Source: Promethearchaeota archaeon | GTDB lineage: Archaea; Asgardarchaeota; Lokiarchaeia; Sigyniarchaeales; SOKP01 | Reading direction: 5' to 3' | DNA: 64,000 bases | Assembly (NCBI GenBank): GCA_030599585.1 | Contig: JAUVNS010000003.1 | Span: 224,001-288,000, forward strand | Shown: positions 9,802 through 19,588 of the stretch, piece by piece | Layout: each line of letters starts with the position of its first letter | Position numbering within the stretch: position 1 is the stretch's first letter | Notes under the pieces: generated by a model | Told to the model about the DNA's origin: nothing | Database searches by the model: none | What the model saw: only the letters and a program-made list of their open reading frames with translations | Translations under genes and position numbers: made by a program

Positions 9802-10779
9802 ATGACTTATATCACAAGTTTAAAAGAAGGCAAAGAAGATACTCAACTTTTTGGAGGGAAAGCATCTAACCTTTTTACATTACTTAAAAATGAGATTAAT
9901 GTCCCTCCCGGGTACGCTATAAATACTAAAGCTTACACATTGTTCCTCGAAGAATCTCACATTAAATCTTTCATTGAAGAAATTTTTGTAGAAGAGTATA
10001 GCCCAAAAGAAGTAATTGAAATTTCAACTAAGATCAAGAATTTATTCTTAACTTCTGAAATACCATCAAATATAATCTCAGAGATACAACAAAATCATAT
10101 CAAAGAATTTTCAGATAACGACGAGCATACATCTTATGTAGTTAGATCGTCGGCTAATTATGAGGACTCAAGTAGTTTTTCGTTCGCTGGACAAGCTCAA
10201 TCGTTTCTTAATATCAGAAGCATCTCAGAAATCATTTTATCGATAAAAATGTGTTGGGCTTCTTTATTTTCTCCTCAAATTCTATTATATCTTTTACAAT
10301 TAAACAAAAAGGGATTTAATATTACTCCTTTGAATTTAGAAATGGCGATTGTAGTTCAAAAAATGTTAAAGCCCCAAGTTTCAGGCGTATTATTCACTGC
10401 AAATGTAATCAACAACGATAAAGACCAAATGATGATTAATTCTACTTGGGGTCTTGGTGAAACAATCACCAACAACACAATTATTCCCGATTTGATAATA
10501 GTGAAAAAAGATAATTGCGATATAGTGAAAATTGCAATTGGAGAAAAAGGGAAAACATCTATTGCGAATCCAAAAGGCGATTCTACTATTCTTATTGACA
10601 CTGAACAGGAAATTCAGGAATTATGTTCTCTAAATCCATCACAACTTAGGCAACTTCATACTTTGGGCTTAAAGTTGGAAGAGCTTTTTAAATATCCTCA
10701 AGATATTGAATGGGCAATAGAAAACAACATATTATTCGCTTTACAGTCGCGACCTATCACAACGCTACCAAAAAATTAA
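9802..10779 (+). CDS. Stand-alone PEP-synthase/dikinase ATP-binding (ATP-grasp) domain
   Basis: FGGKASNL, VVRSSANYED, SFAGQ, SGVLFT, WGLGE, PQDIEWA, LQSRPIT; protein ends after this domain. Confidence 0.9.
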   Translation: MTYITSLKEGKEDTQLFGGKASNLFTLLKNEINVPPGYAINTKAYTLFLEESHIKSFIEEIFVEEYSPKEVIEISTKIKNLFLTSEIPSNIISEIQQNHIKEFSDNDEHTSYVVRSSANYEDSSSFSFAGQAQSFLNIRSISEIILSIKMCWASLFSPQILLYLLQLNKKGFNITPLNLEMAIVVQKMLKPQVSGVLFTANVINNDKDQMMINSTWGLGETITNNTIIPDLIIVKKDNCDIVKIAIGEKGKTSIANPKGDSTILIDTEQEIQELCSLNPSQLRQLHTLGLKLEELFKYPQDIEWAIENNILFALQSRPITTLPKN

Positions 10780-10833
10780 ATTTTTTTCCGCAGAATCCAC
10801 AACAAAAATTGATTGAGAGATAGTTATTAAAAA

Positions 10834-11280
10834 TTATTTGAGAAATGCTCTCTTTCCTAAATAAATAAAAAGTTCTCCTAATTCAAAAACGGTTAGTGGA
10901 AAGATTAAATTTGCCATAGCATGACGTAAATCCTGCTTATCTTTACCAGCGACCATTAGTTTCTCAATATCTTCAACGTAATCATCCATATTCATGAATA
11001 ATATCTCAATTTTATCGCAACCAGTTAATTCCTCTATATCTTTATCCAAATGCGTTTCAACCTGGTTTAAAAGTCCTAATTTTAACTTTGGTTCTAACTC
11101 ATATTTGGATATGATTTCATTGATCTCTTCAAGAATTATATTTATGGTTAAGTTCCAATCTTTATTATCCTTATATTTGGGAATTAATACTTCGCTAATT
11201 ATTATTTCAAAAAGAGTTTGGGGTGCTTTATCGTCAAATTCTACCTCTGAACCATTCCTTAATTTTATTGTTTTAACCAT
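10834..11280 (-). CDS. Hypothetical protein
   Basis: ORF; likely start is ATG 11280 after GAGG. Confidence 0.6.
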   Translation of the reverse strand: MVKTIKLRNGSEVEFDDKAPQTLFEIIISEVLIPKYKDNKDWNLTINIILEEINEIISKYELEPKLKLGLLNQVETHLDKDIEELTGCDKIEILFMNMDDYVEDIEKLMVAGKDKQDLRHAMANLIFPLTVFELGELFIYLGKRAFLK

Positions 11281-11590
11281 TTCCAACCTCAACTCAATTA
11301 ATAAATTCTTCTTATTAATTAATAGACTAGGTTTTTATAAATTTTTTCGAACTTTTTAATTCGCGATTTGGCCATAACTATTCAAACTTTACACCAATTA
11401 AACTACGAGCATCTAAATACTACTTTTCTAAAAAACCCCCGACGATTTATTAAAGGTTTAAACTATTTTTACTATCTGTTCTTCTTGTTTTTTAAATAAA
11501 TTAAAAAATTAACTATTTATAACGACTAAATTATATTAAATTTTAAAGTTTTGAAACATTAATTTTATTAAAATTAATGTGTGGCGAATA

Positions 11591-12364
11591 ATGGAATTTA
11601 AAAAAATTTTGATTACTAATTTTGTTAAGAAATCTCTTGAAACCTATATCATAGATTTGGAATTTAAGAATGAAATAGGTAAAATCAAAATTGGTACTCT
11701 TGCGAGTTTAAGTCAAGAGCTTGTACAAGGTAGATTTTATGATGAGGAACCAGAATTACTATTATTACCTAGACCTGGTGTGTCCTTTCAATTAGGATTA
11801 GGCCCACTTACATTCAATGATACTAGTACTAAAAATCAACTCCAAGTTGGAAGTAATTTTCTTAAAATTATATTAAAAAGATATGAGAAGTGGGGTACGG
11901 AATATAATAAGATCAAGGAAATTTTTCAGCTCTTATATCCAATTTTAGAAGATATCACTATTAAAGGCTTTCAAATTGCTTGTATAAATAAATTTGATGA
12001 TATTAGAAGAGAGGAGGGGTTTCTTTTAAGTAATTTTTTTACACATTCTGTTGAATCCGATTTAAAAATAGAGTATGAAGATTTTCACCTAGGATTTGTC
12101 CCTCACCAATTAAAGAGAGATGATGAGATTGAAAAGATTGTTCTTAAATTACGCGGTAATCCTCCGAAAGACTCTGATTTCTTTCTTTTTAAGCTAGAGA
12201 GCCTTTTTTTTAAACGGAACTTAAATGTTAAGTTTTCTGATCCGAAATTGCTTAGTAGTATTAATTATGGGCATGATTTTCTAAATTATTTATTCGTAAA
12301 TTCCTTGAGTGATATTTATCGCAAAAGAATTGGATTATCTTTTGAATATTTAGAAGAAGGTTAA
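11591..12364 (+). CDS. TIGR04255-like protein
   Basis: Size ~260 aa; LQVGSNFL...YEKW...F and IKGFQIACINKF resemble the RIGLRYIN motif of the family. Confidence 0.5.
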   Translation: MEFKKILITNFVKKSLETYIIDLEFKNEIGKIKIGTLASLSQELVQGRFYDEEPELLLLPRPGVSFQLGLGPLTFNDTSTKNQLQVGSNFLKIILKRYEKWGTEYNKIKEIFQLLYPILEDITIKGFQIACINKFDDIRREEGFLLSNFFTHSVESDLKIEYEDFHLGFVPHQLKRDDEIEKIVLKLRGNPPKDSDFFLFKLESLFFKRNLNVKFSDPKLLSSINYGHDFLNYLFVNSLSDIYRKRIGLSFEYLEEG

Positions 12365-12382
12365 AAATGAAGGAATAATATT

Positions 12383-12916
12383 ATGGAAAGGATCGACACA
12401 ACACCTGATGAAAATTCAGAAACAGGTGAAATCAAAGAAGAGATATCAAAAAAACCATTAAATACTATAATTGAAAAAGTAACTACAGACTTTTTGGAAA
12501 GTGATAAAGATTTAGAGATTTCCGAAATTTTTAGCAGATTTATTTTAGAATTTATTGGACGAGATATATTTAATGATCCAGAATCCAATTTCAAGTTATA
12601 TGATATATTTGAACAATTTAATCAATCACTAATCAAACCACGATCAACCATAAAAGTTCCTCCAGATACCCCTCCAACAAAACCAATCCACTTTGAGGTA
12701 GATGCTAGTTTGATTGAAGAAATGATAAGAAGAGCTATTAAGGATTCAAAGATCTTTAATTTTATTCATTCATCTAAATGGAATGAGCTTAGAGTAGAAT
12801 TTTGTAAAAAAGATGAAATAAATTATCGTTGTATTGAGTCATTAGAAAAATTGATTATGTTTCTAAATCTGATGCAATTAAAAATGGAAAAATATGAATT
12901 AAAACAAGGATGGTAA
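12383..12916 (+). CDS. Hypothetical protein (middle gene of three-gene operon)
   Basis: 177 aa; acidic N-terminus; 18-nt and 4-nt gaps to neighbours. Confidence 0.55.
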   Translation: MERIDTTPDENSETGEIKEEISKKPLNTIIEKVTTDFLESDKDLEISEIFSRFILEFIGRDIFNDPESNFKLYDIFEQFNQSLIKPRSTIKVPPDTPPTKPIHFEVDASLIEEMIRRAIKDSKIFNFIHSSKWNELRVEFCKKDEINYRCIESLEKLIMFLNLMQLKMEKYELKQGW

Positions 12917-12920
12917 GACC

Positions 12921-14081
12921 TTGGAAGAAAAAAAAACAATTTTAGCTTACAATTGCCAAAAGGAAATAAATATAAAAGAAATTCAACAGGGTGATGTTTT
13001 TAAAAATATTCCTTTTTACTCTCCTGATTTTTTATTAAAATCATCAATAAATGAGATTAATATAAAAATTGACAACGATGTAGAATCCATTTTTGAGGAA
13101 ATAATTAAAAAAGGCAATGTTATAAACGCAAAAAGTATCATATTTCCAACATGGGCAATTTTGGGGAGCCAAGAATGTGATATCCGTGGAGGATATGATC
13201 TCATTTTTTTTCCTTTAGTAAAATATACAGAGATAGAAAAACAAGATGAGTTTGTTAAATTTATTGAAAAGGATATCCAAGGATGGACAAGATTCATGTA
13301 TGTTCCTAAAAGTGATTTAGCAGATAATAGATTTGGACCTTTTCGAGTTTTATTACAGAATCCTTTTTATATCTCTTATGAAATTATTGAAAAGAATCTT
13401 AAACATTGTTGGGCAACGCATATAGTTGAAAAGGCAAGAAGAGTCTTTGTGGGGAAAATAATAAATCTTTTCACAAGAACACCGGTTGATGAGTTAGTTT
13501 TTATAGAATTTAATCAGATCGAAAATTATTTTCAAAAAAAATGGCAAAAGGCATGGAATAAACAAAAAACTAATCCTTATGATAAATCTGCTGATGATAT
13601 AATTGAAAAAATAATGGATTTTTATTTTTTACTCAAACATGAGAATGAACAGGTTAAATTTCAAGAATTTAAAATTCTGCCACTCAATTTGCTAGATGAA
13701 ATCATTAAATTAACTGATAAATCTTGGATTTTCATTGAAGAGAATCCATTTATTTCATTTTATGAACAATTAAAAGAAGATAAGACGCTTAATTGGTTTA
13801 TAAGATTCTATAATTTCATTGATAAAACGATTTATGGTGAAGATTCAATTTTTAAGACAATAAAAGATCGTTTAATTTTAATTCAACAGTTTGAAAGTGA
13901 GGAAGATAAGGAATTTCTTAATTATAAAGAAAAAAATATTAGAGAAGATTATCACGAATTCCCTAAAAATATATTATATTCGAGGTTAGAATCACCTACA
14001 CTTCAAGAAGAGAAATTTTTATCTTATTGCAAGCCATTTGAGAAACTTAGGGGATTTTTATCTGAAATAGGAATACTTTAA
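12921..14081 (+). CDS. Hypothetical protein with PemK/MazF-like N-terminal domain
   Basis: IQQGDVF...AILGSQECDI...LIFFPL pattern; helical C-terminal extension. Confidence 0.45.
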   Translation: MEEKKTILAYNCQKEINIKEIQQGDVFKNIPFYSPDFLLKSSINEINIKIDNDVESIFEEIIKKGNVINAKSIIFPTWAILGSQECDIRGGYDLIFFPLVKYTEIEKQDEFVKFIEKDIQGWTRFMYVPKSDLADNRFGPFRVLLQNPFYISYEIIEKNLKHCWATHIVEKARRVFVGKIINLFTRTPVDELVFIEFNQIENYFQKKWQKAWNKQKTNPYDKSADDIIEKIMDFYFLLKHENEQVKFQEFKILPLNLLDEIIKLTDKSWIFIEENPFISFYEQLKEDKTLNWFIRFYNFIDKTIYGEDSIFKTIKDRLILIQQFESEEDKEFLNYKEKNIREDYHEFPKNILYSRLESPTLQEEKFLSYCKPFEKLRGFLSEIGIL

Positions 14082-14430
14082 TAGGGAAATTCTTATCATC
14101 TCTTAATATCATGAGTATATTTTTTTTGAAGTTAAATGTTTACCTAGATATTATTAAAATTTGGCTTTATAGTCACAATATGGATATTCATGACAGGTGT
14201 AAGCAAGATAACTTCGTTAGCATGCACAAGTATCAAGATTTTACAATGTTGAGATGATATTGCGACAGACAGTAAGTATTAAAAGCTTTCTTTGCTCTTA
14301 TCACTAACCAATAACAAATAAAATTATTTTTTTTGTAATTTTTAAATTAGTAAATCGCTGTGGTACGAAAATTAATAAGAACGAGTTTCCATCTTAAGTT
14401 CAAGCGTGAGACGCAAAAATTCAAACACCA

Positions 14431-15024
14431 TTGTTGGTAATTGTGAAAGATAAAGAAGAATTGGACTGGCTTCCTTCGGATAGCGAGATTTCTTTGGAAA
14501 GGGAAGTGAACGAAGAAGGGGCGGGTTTTATCTATAATCACGAGTTTAACAAGAGAATGAGAGAACTCCATACTACATACGATCTTCGGGAAGTTATGAC
14601 CTATGAGTCCAAAGATACTGCAGAACCTATTATTATGGGGGATGTAGAAGCATTTCGCTATGGTTTTACGTACCCTGAGAGCGAGTTTCGCAACTTTACT
14701 AAGAGCACGCTCACCAAAATTTTGAAAAATTTCGTTGAATTCTCTAGTTTAGCCGATATTCCTATAGCAAAAAGTATAGTTAATAACCCAACCAACATAG
14801 TCTTTAGTTATAACGAACTTGTTCATAACACTGTAATGTTTTTAACGCAACTTTTTGACTTAGAAGGCGTTAGAGCGCAGGTTAAGGCTTACTTAATGAA
14901 CCCTCATACATATAAAACAAGGGGATTAATACCTGCTTTAGAATATTTGCTCACTAATGAGCCTCGTATTACTGAATCGGAAAAGAGCGTGATTTCAAAG
15001 ATGTTAAATTTTTTACAAGAATAA
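14431..15024 (+). CDS. Hypothetical protein (start uncertain)
   Basis: 197 aa ORF with TTG start. Confidence 0.5.
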   Translation: MLVIVKDKEELDWLPSDSEISLEREVNEEGAGFIYNHEFNKRMRELHTTYDLREVMTYESKDTAEPIIMGDVEAFRYGFTYPESEFRNFTKSTLTKILKNFVEFSSLADIPIAKSIVNNPTNIVFSYNELVHNTVMFLTQLFDLEGVRAQVKAYLMNPHTYKTRGLIPALEYLLTNEPRITESEKSVISKMLNFLQE

Positions 15025-15130
15025 TTTTATTCTTTTGTTTTTGGGGCATTGAGATTATGCTTATATTTTTATTTAATGTTAATTAAGCGATAGTAAGACT
15101 AATATTGTACAAATTTCGGAAATTAGAATC

Positions 15131-17557
15131 ATGGCTGAATTCATGGTTAACAAACGTATCATGCTAAAGTTGGAAGGCCATAGTACCAACATCTATATAA
15201 ATGGAATGGAATTTATGCAATGCAAAAGGTTAGTTCTTAACATTCCTATAAAAGGTATAAGGTTATACGACGACATTGATTCTATCGACGAGGCTTCTGA
15301 GTATTACTATCACTACCTTTTAGAACACGAAATTCACGAAGAGAGGGACGGACGATTAATAGAGAAATATTACGATCACCAATACGAGATTTCGTACGAA
15401 GCGGAATTCTGGGCTCATTGTAGCAATCTTCAAACTTGGTGTGAACACGGATACGACACGCGAATTCTGAAAGCGGATTTAGCCTTCCCGCTATTAAAAA
15501 GGCTAACCGATGTCGGGGATCCGTTGGCAAGAAAAGTGTTTAAAGAAGAAATCGCTAAAAGGATAGAAACGGGGTATGCTCCCGTCATAATATATTTAAT
15601 CAAAGAGAAGTATCTTAATTATCTGGAAGACGAAGAATTAAAAAGCGCGTTAAGCGATCCTTTAGGAAATATCCTAACATTCATTTTCAAATCCCTAACA
15701 TCTTCTGACAACGAGGCACAAAACGCAGCTCTGAAACTAAGTAAATATTTAAACGACCAATTACAGCAAAAAGTTGTATCTTTTTTGCTTAATCATGGCG
15801 AAATTATTAAAGAATCACGTTACCTTAAAAGCGACGAAATGAGACCAATTTATCGTCAAATTGTGATTGAAGTATTCAGGTCAAAAAAATTCAACACGAT
15901 AAAAAAAGGGGCTACGCTATTTTGGTTAAAATTGTACATTGATGATTTTAAGAGTAGGGATGAAGAAGCCAAGAAGTTGATAAAGAGCCATATCAAAGAA
16001 GTTTTTAGAATTGGTAGTAACGAAGAAGTTTCGTCTTTAATTACAGGCAACTATCTCTCCGTACTAAACAGCGAAGAATTACGCTCCTTAATATCATCTT
16101 CTCATCATTTGTTCGTTAAATGTTGTATCGATGCGATACAATCTGAAACATCTTGTTATAAAAAACCCCATTTAGTGAAAAATATAATTAAGCTGCTTGT
16201 GAAGGCAAGGGATAGAACTATTCTCGATCTTGTTGATAGCCAACTACGAGAAAAAATCGAGTCTTATACTTATTTTAGCGACTCTGAGCTAAAAATGTTT
16301 GAGGATGTTAACTTACTTCATGCTACTTTTCCAGAGAAAAGTGAAGATTTTTTGGGAAGCAACGCCCAAGAACTCGTTTCTTTATTGGAAGAAAAGATTG
16401 ATACACGTTTTTTGACACTAGAGCTCTTACAAGCAAAACTTGAGCTCATAGGCTCGGAAGTTATAGAACCAATTTTCAAAGTTTTATGTAGAACCAATCA
16501 CCACGCTGATAGTTGGGATAGAAAGGACCATTATTCTAGCGTGCTAATAAATAATATCGATTTTGAGCCATCGGTAATAAAAGAAAAATTTTTCAACTAC
16601 ATTAAATCGCACCGTTTAACTTTGTCCGAACATGAATATTTCTTTAAAGGCTTTGGACACACAAACCTTTCAAGAGAAGAATTTTGGGGCTTATTTGAAT
16701 ACGGCGAACATATTGTCGCCCTTGAAAAAGCTCTAGGGTTTATCGCATGGGCTGAGAGTCAAACAAATCCCGAAGACGGTGTTAATGTAAGAGTTACTAT
16801 CGAAAAAAATGTTATCACTCGGTTAAAAATTTACGGATTAACCGAATACGCCGATGTGGGACCGATGGTAACCTTACCTCAGTGTATTAGAGAAATTAAA
16901 TCGCTTGAGGAATTAGATGTCGAAAGCTCTGGGATGTTCCACGTTCCTGAATGGATTGATCAATTACCCAATTTAAAAGTAATTAAGTTTGGGGGTAATG
17001 GTTTGCGCTCGATCCCGGAGACTATTGGAAACCTTAAATTATTAAAAGAATTAGATTTGCAAGTTAGTCACATTCACAAGCTTCCCACATCAATATGCAA
17101 CCTTAAAAACTTAAAAAACTTAAATTTAGCGAGTGCAAAACTCCAAAAAGTACCAAAAGATATTGGGAACTTGAAGGACCTTAAAGTTTTAGATTTGCAT
17201 GATAATAAGATAGCAGCACTTCCCAGTAATATTGGAAATTTACATAACTTAGAATACTTGGATTTATCTAGAAACCCTAATTGCTACGACATTCCCGATA
17301 TGTTCGAACAATTAAGAGAGTTAAAAGTTTTAAGCCTAAGGGGTCTTAAATTCACACAAGTCCCCGAGTCTATTAAAAATTTGACTAACCTTAAAAAACT
17401 TAGTTTAAGTTATTGTACTAGTTTAACAGAAATACCCGAATGGATCTCAGAACTTACCAATCTTGAAGAACTAGATTTGCGTGGGACTAATTTACCAAAA
17501 ATTCCCGCATCAGTTAAATCTCTCGAAAAAAATTTGAAGATATTAAGGCTGAATTGA
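15131..17557 (+). CDS. Leucine-rich repeat protein with Lokiarchaeal N-terminal domain
   Basis: About 9-10 LxxLxLxxN repeats of ~23 aa at the C-terminus; N-terminal EFWAHCSNLQTW...YDTRIL...LAFPLLKRL...GD motif. Confidence 0.9.
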   Translation: MAEFMVNKRIMLKLEGHSTNIYINGMEFMQCKRLVLNIPIKGIRLYDDIDSIDEASEYYYHYLLEHEIHEERDGRLIEKYYDHQYEISYEAEFWAHCSNLQTWCEHGYDTRILKADLAFPLLKRLTDVGDPLARKVFKEEIAKRIETGYAPVIIYLIKEKYLNYLEDEELKSALSDPLGNILTFIFKSLTSSDNEAQNAALKLSKYLNDQLQQKVVSFLLNHGEIIKESRYLKSDEMRPIYRQIVIEVFRSKKFNTIKKGATLFWLKLYIDDFKSRDEEAKKLIKSHIKEVFRIGSNEEVSSLITGNYLSVLNSEELRSLISSSHHLFVKCCIDAIQSETSCYKKPHLVKNIIKLLVKARDRTILDLVDSQLREKIESYTYFSDSELKMFEDVNLLHATFPEKSEDFLGSNAQELVSLLEEKIDTRFLTLELLQAKLELIGSEVIEPIFKVLCRTNHHADSWDRKDHYSSVLINNIDFEPSVIKEKFFNYIKSHRLTLSEHEYFFKGFGHTNLSREEFWGLFEYGEHIVALEKALGFIAWAESQTNPEDGVNVRVTIEKNVITRLKIYGLTEYADVGPMVTLPQCIREIKSLEELDVESSGMFHVPEWIDQLPNLKVIKFGGNGLRSIPETIGNLKLLKELDLQVSHIHKLPTSICNLKNLKNLNLASAKLQKVPKDIGNLKDLKVLDLHDNKIAALPSNIGNLHNLEYLDLSRNPNCYDIPDMFEQLRELKVLSLRGLKFTQVPESIKNLTNLKKLSLSYCTSLTEIPEWISELTNLEELDLRGTNLPKIPASVKSLEKNLKILRLN

Positions 17558-17625
17558 TTCGAAGAATTAAGGACTTATCCGTGATTTTAGATATTCGTTT
17601 TTCTTGGGTAAAAAGAAGGAAAACT

Positions 17626-17778
17626 GGAAACCACGACGTTCAAAAATATAAAAAGAGGAGACGTATTTATCTAATAATTACCCGCTCAATTCTCTTGTAA
17701 CTGCGCTCAGGGTTAAGGGTTGAGGTATTGAGTCCGAAGACTCTTAGGTATAAGAATATATTATTAATCATGGTTTCC
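17626..17778 (-). ncRNA. Putative structured ncRNA, family unassigned
   Basis: Long terminal stem GGAAACCAUGA/UCGUGGUUUCC with G-U pairs valid only on the minus strand; GAGUC-UUCG-GACUC hairpin; TTTAAATA upstream; U-rich tract downstream. Confidence 0.6.
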
Positions 17779-17964
17779 AATTTTTTTTTCTATTGTAATA
17801 TTAATTACGTAACTATTTAAAGATATCTATCTTTTCACATGACAAAAAAGAAAATCTAAATTACAATCATAATTGATGATTAAGTTGCATCGTTGTAAGA
17901 TTTCTTAAAAATCTATTTGAATTTTTACGAGGATAAAAGTTTTAATTAAAAACAATGATAAGAA

Positions 17965-18786
17965 TTATAAATTGATTTTATTCGTAATTTTTGTAATAGT
18001 TTTTCGAGAAAGTATAATCTTTTTTTCCAAAGACAATTCCATAATCGAATTATATATCAAAAATATCCCGTATTTCTTTTTAAAATTTTTTATTACCTCT
18101 CGAACGAATATCTTATCGTCAGTACTTCCCTTTTTCTTGATTTTATAAAAATTCAATATATTCTCCTTCAAAAGCGATTTAATGTTTTTATCGTAAAAGC
18201 GAGCTATCTTAAATCCAGCGAACTCTGTGCACATTATATTCCAACTATGAATTGCTGTAAAATTGGAATCACGAAGAAAATAACTGTCGTATCGATTTTT
18301 AAACAAGACTCGTTTTTTCTTCTTTATTGGTTTAGAATAATGGAGTGCGAAAGGCGTTTTCAATGACGCTTTATTTCTTCTTATATCTAAGTTTACGTAA
18401 TACACACGACCTCCATACATTCGGTGCAAATAATTTTCTGCTAAACTTATCTTTATCAACTTATCATCTATAGGCCTTTTAGACGTTGCTACGCATTTTC
18501 CTTCTCCGTATAACATCCATAGGACGAAAATTCCCTTTGTGTTATAGTCCTTCGTTCTCGCTATTATTTCCTTAACAGAAATTTTAGAATTCTGAACTTC
18601 AACAACGACTTCTTTACCGGTATCAAGTTTAAAATATACATCGGCATACCGATTGCCAAAGTACTTTTCAAGTGATCTTTTTACAATTGATCCATCATTT
18701 TCATATAAATGCTTGTATAAGAGAAGTTTGATGGTTTTATGAAAAGATGATTCTGCTGGAGTACTAAGGAGTGAAATTTCTTTCAT
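17965..18786 (-). CDS. CoiA-like PD-(D/E)xK nuclease-domain protein
   Basis: ESSFHKTIK, RYADVY, VVVEVQNS, RTKDY...VLW. Confidence 0.7.
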   Translation of the reverse strand: MKEISLLSTPAESSFHKTIKLLLYKHLYENDGSIVKRSLEKYFGNRYADVYFKLDTGKEVVVEVQNSKISVKEIIARTKDYNTKGIFVLWMLYGEGKCVATSKRPIDDKLIKISLAENYLHRMYGGRVYYVNLDIRRNKASLKTPFALHYSKPIKKKKRVLFKNRYDSYFLRDSNFTAIHSWNIMCTEFAGFKIARFYDKNIKSLLKENILNFYKIKKKGSTDDKIFVREVIKNFKKKYGIFLIYNSIMELSLEKKIILSRKTITKITNKINL

Positions 18787-18892
18787 CTATATGGAATATC
18801 AAGAAAATTGTTCTTTTGTTAAAGTTGTATCAACCGACTAATATATGTGGACGGTATTTCAATTTCTTGAATTTTCACTAAAAGTCTCACAT

Positions 18893-19588
18893 TTACCAGT
18901 GAATTCGAAATAAAAAAAATAAGATTGTAACAAAATTACCCGTAAAAAACAAAACAGAGCTTCCCTTTCTTCCTTGAGGAAGGACGTCTCGAATTATCAT
19001 ATAAAATAGTATTCCTAAAACAAATGCCAGCACATAATTTGTTAACAAATGATCAAGTTCTAATATAATTCCTAAAACCGCACCTGCTAAAGGTAAAACT
19101 GAAAGAATGATTTTGCTATATTTTTCGTTTAACCGAGCGTCTATTGAATCCAAGGAGATGGAGGAGGTTAACATTTGCAGCAATAGCGGAGCTGATAAAG
19201 TGACAACTACGGAAAAATCTAATTCGACTAATGAAGCAACTATGAATCCTATTAAAAAATTATCTATACCAAATCCAATAATGTGTACTATTTTTAGGTT
19301 TTCTAATAGTTCTTGCTTATCCGTTACATGTCTATATATATATTTCTCAGCAAGGTGCATTAATAGAAAACCAATCAGCATGAAAAGAAATAAAAATTCA
19401 GTAACTCCCAAAGAAATAACATCGGGCACTAAGATCAGAAATAAAAGTGAAATGAGCAATCCTGAGCTGAAACTCAGAACAGAATCGCGATGTTCTCCAA
19501 TTAAACCTGAAATTCTATGACCGAAAAAATCTACTAATCCCAAAACTACAGCAATTATAAGTATTACTACTATTGTTAGGTCAGCCAT
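18893..19588 (-). CDS. ZIP-like metal transporter / membrane protein
   Basis: About 8 TM helices; SFSSGLLISLLFLILVP, GILFYMIIRDVLP. Confidence 0.6.
   Translation of the reverse strand: MADLTIVVILIIAVVLGLVDFFGHRISGLIGEHRDSVLSFSSGLLISLLFLILVPDVISLGVTEFLFLFMLIGFLLMHLAEKYIYRHVTDKQELLENLKIVHIIGFGIDNFLIGFIVASLVELDFSVVVTLSAPLLLQMLTSSISLDSIDARLNEKYSKIILSVLPLAGAVLGIILELDHLLTNYVLAFVLGILFYMIIRDVLPQGRKGSSVLFFTGNFVTILFFLFRIHW

Noticed and set aside
11431-11446. aaacccccgacg resembling the ncRNA 3' end, as a possible att site bounding an island at 11.4-17.6 kb
   Set aside because: The match is short and imperfect, and there is no integrase in the window.
17667-17771. 34-codon ORF MINNIFLYLRVFGLNTSTLNPERSYKRIERVIIR inside the structured element
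   Set aside because: No RBS or motif, and its start is buried in the terminal stem; RNA structure explains the sequence better, though coding is not excluded.
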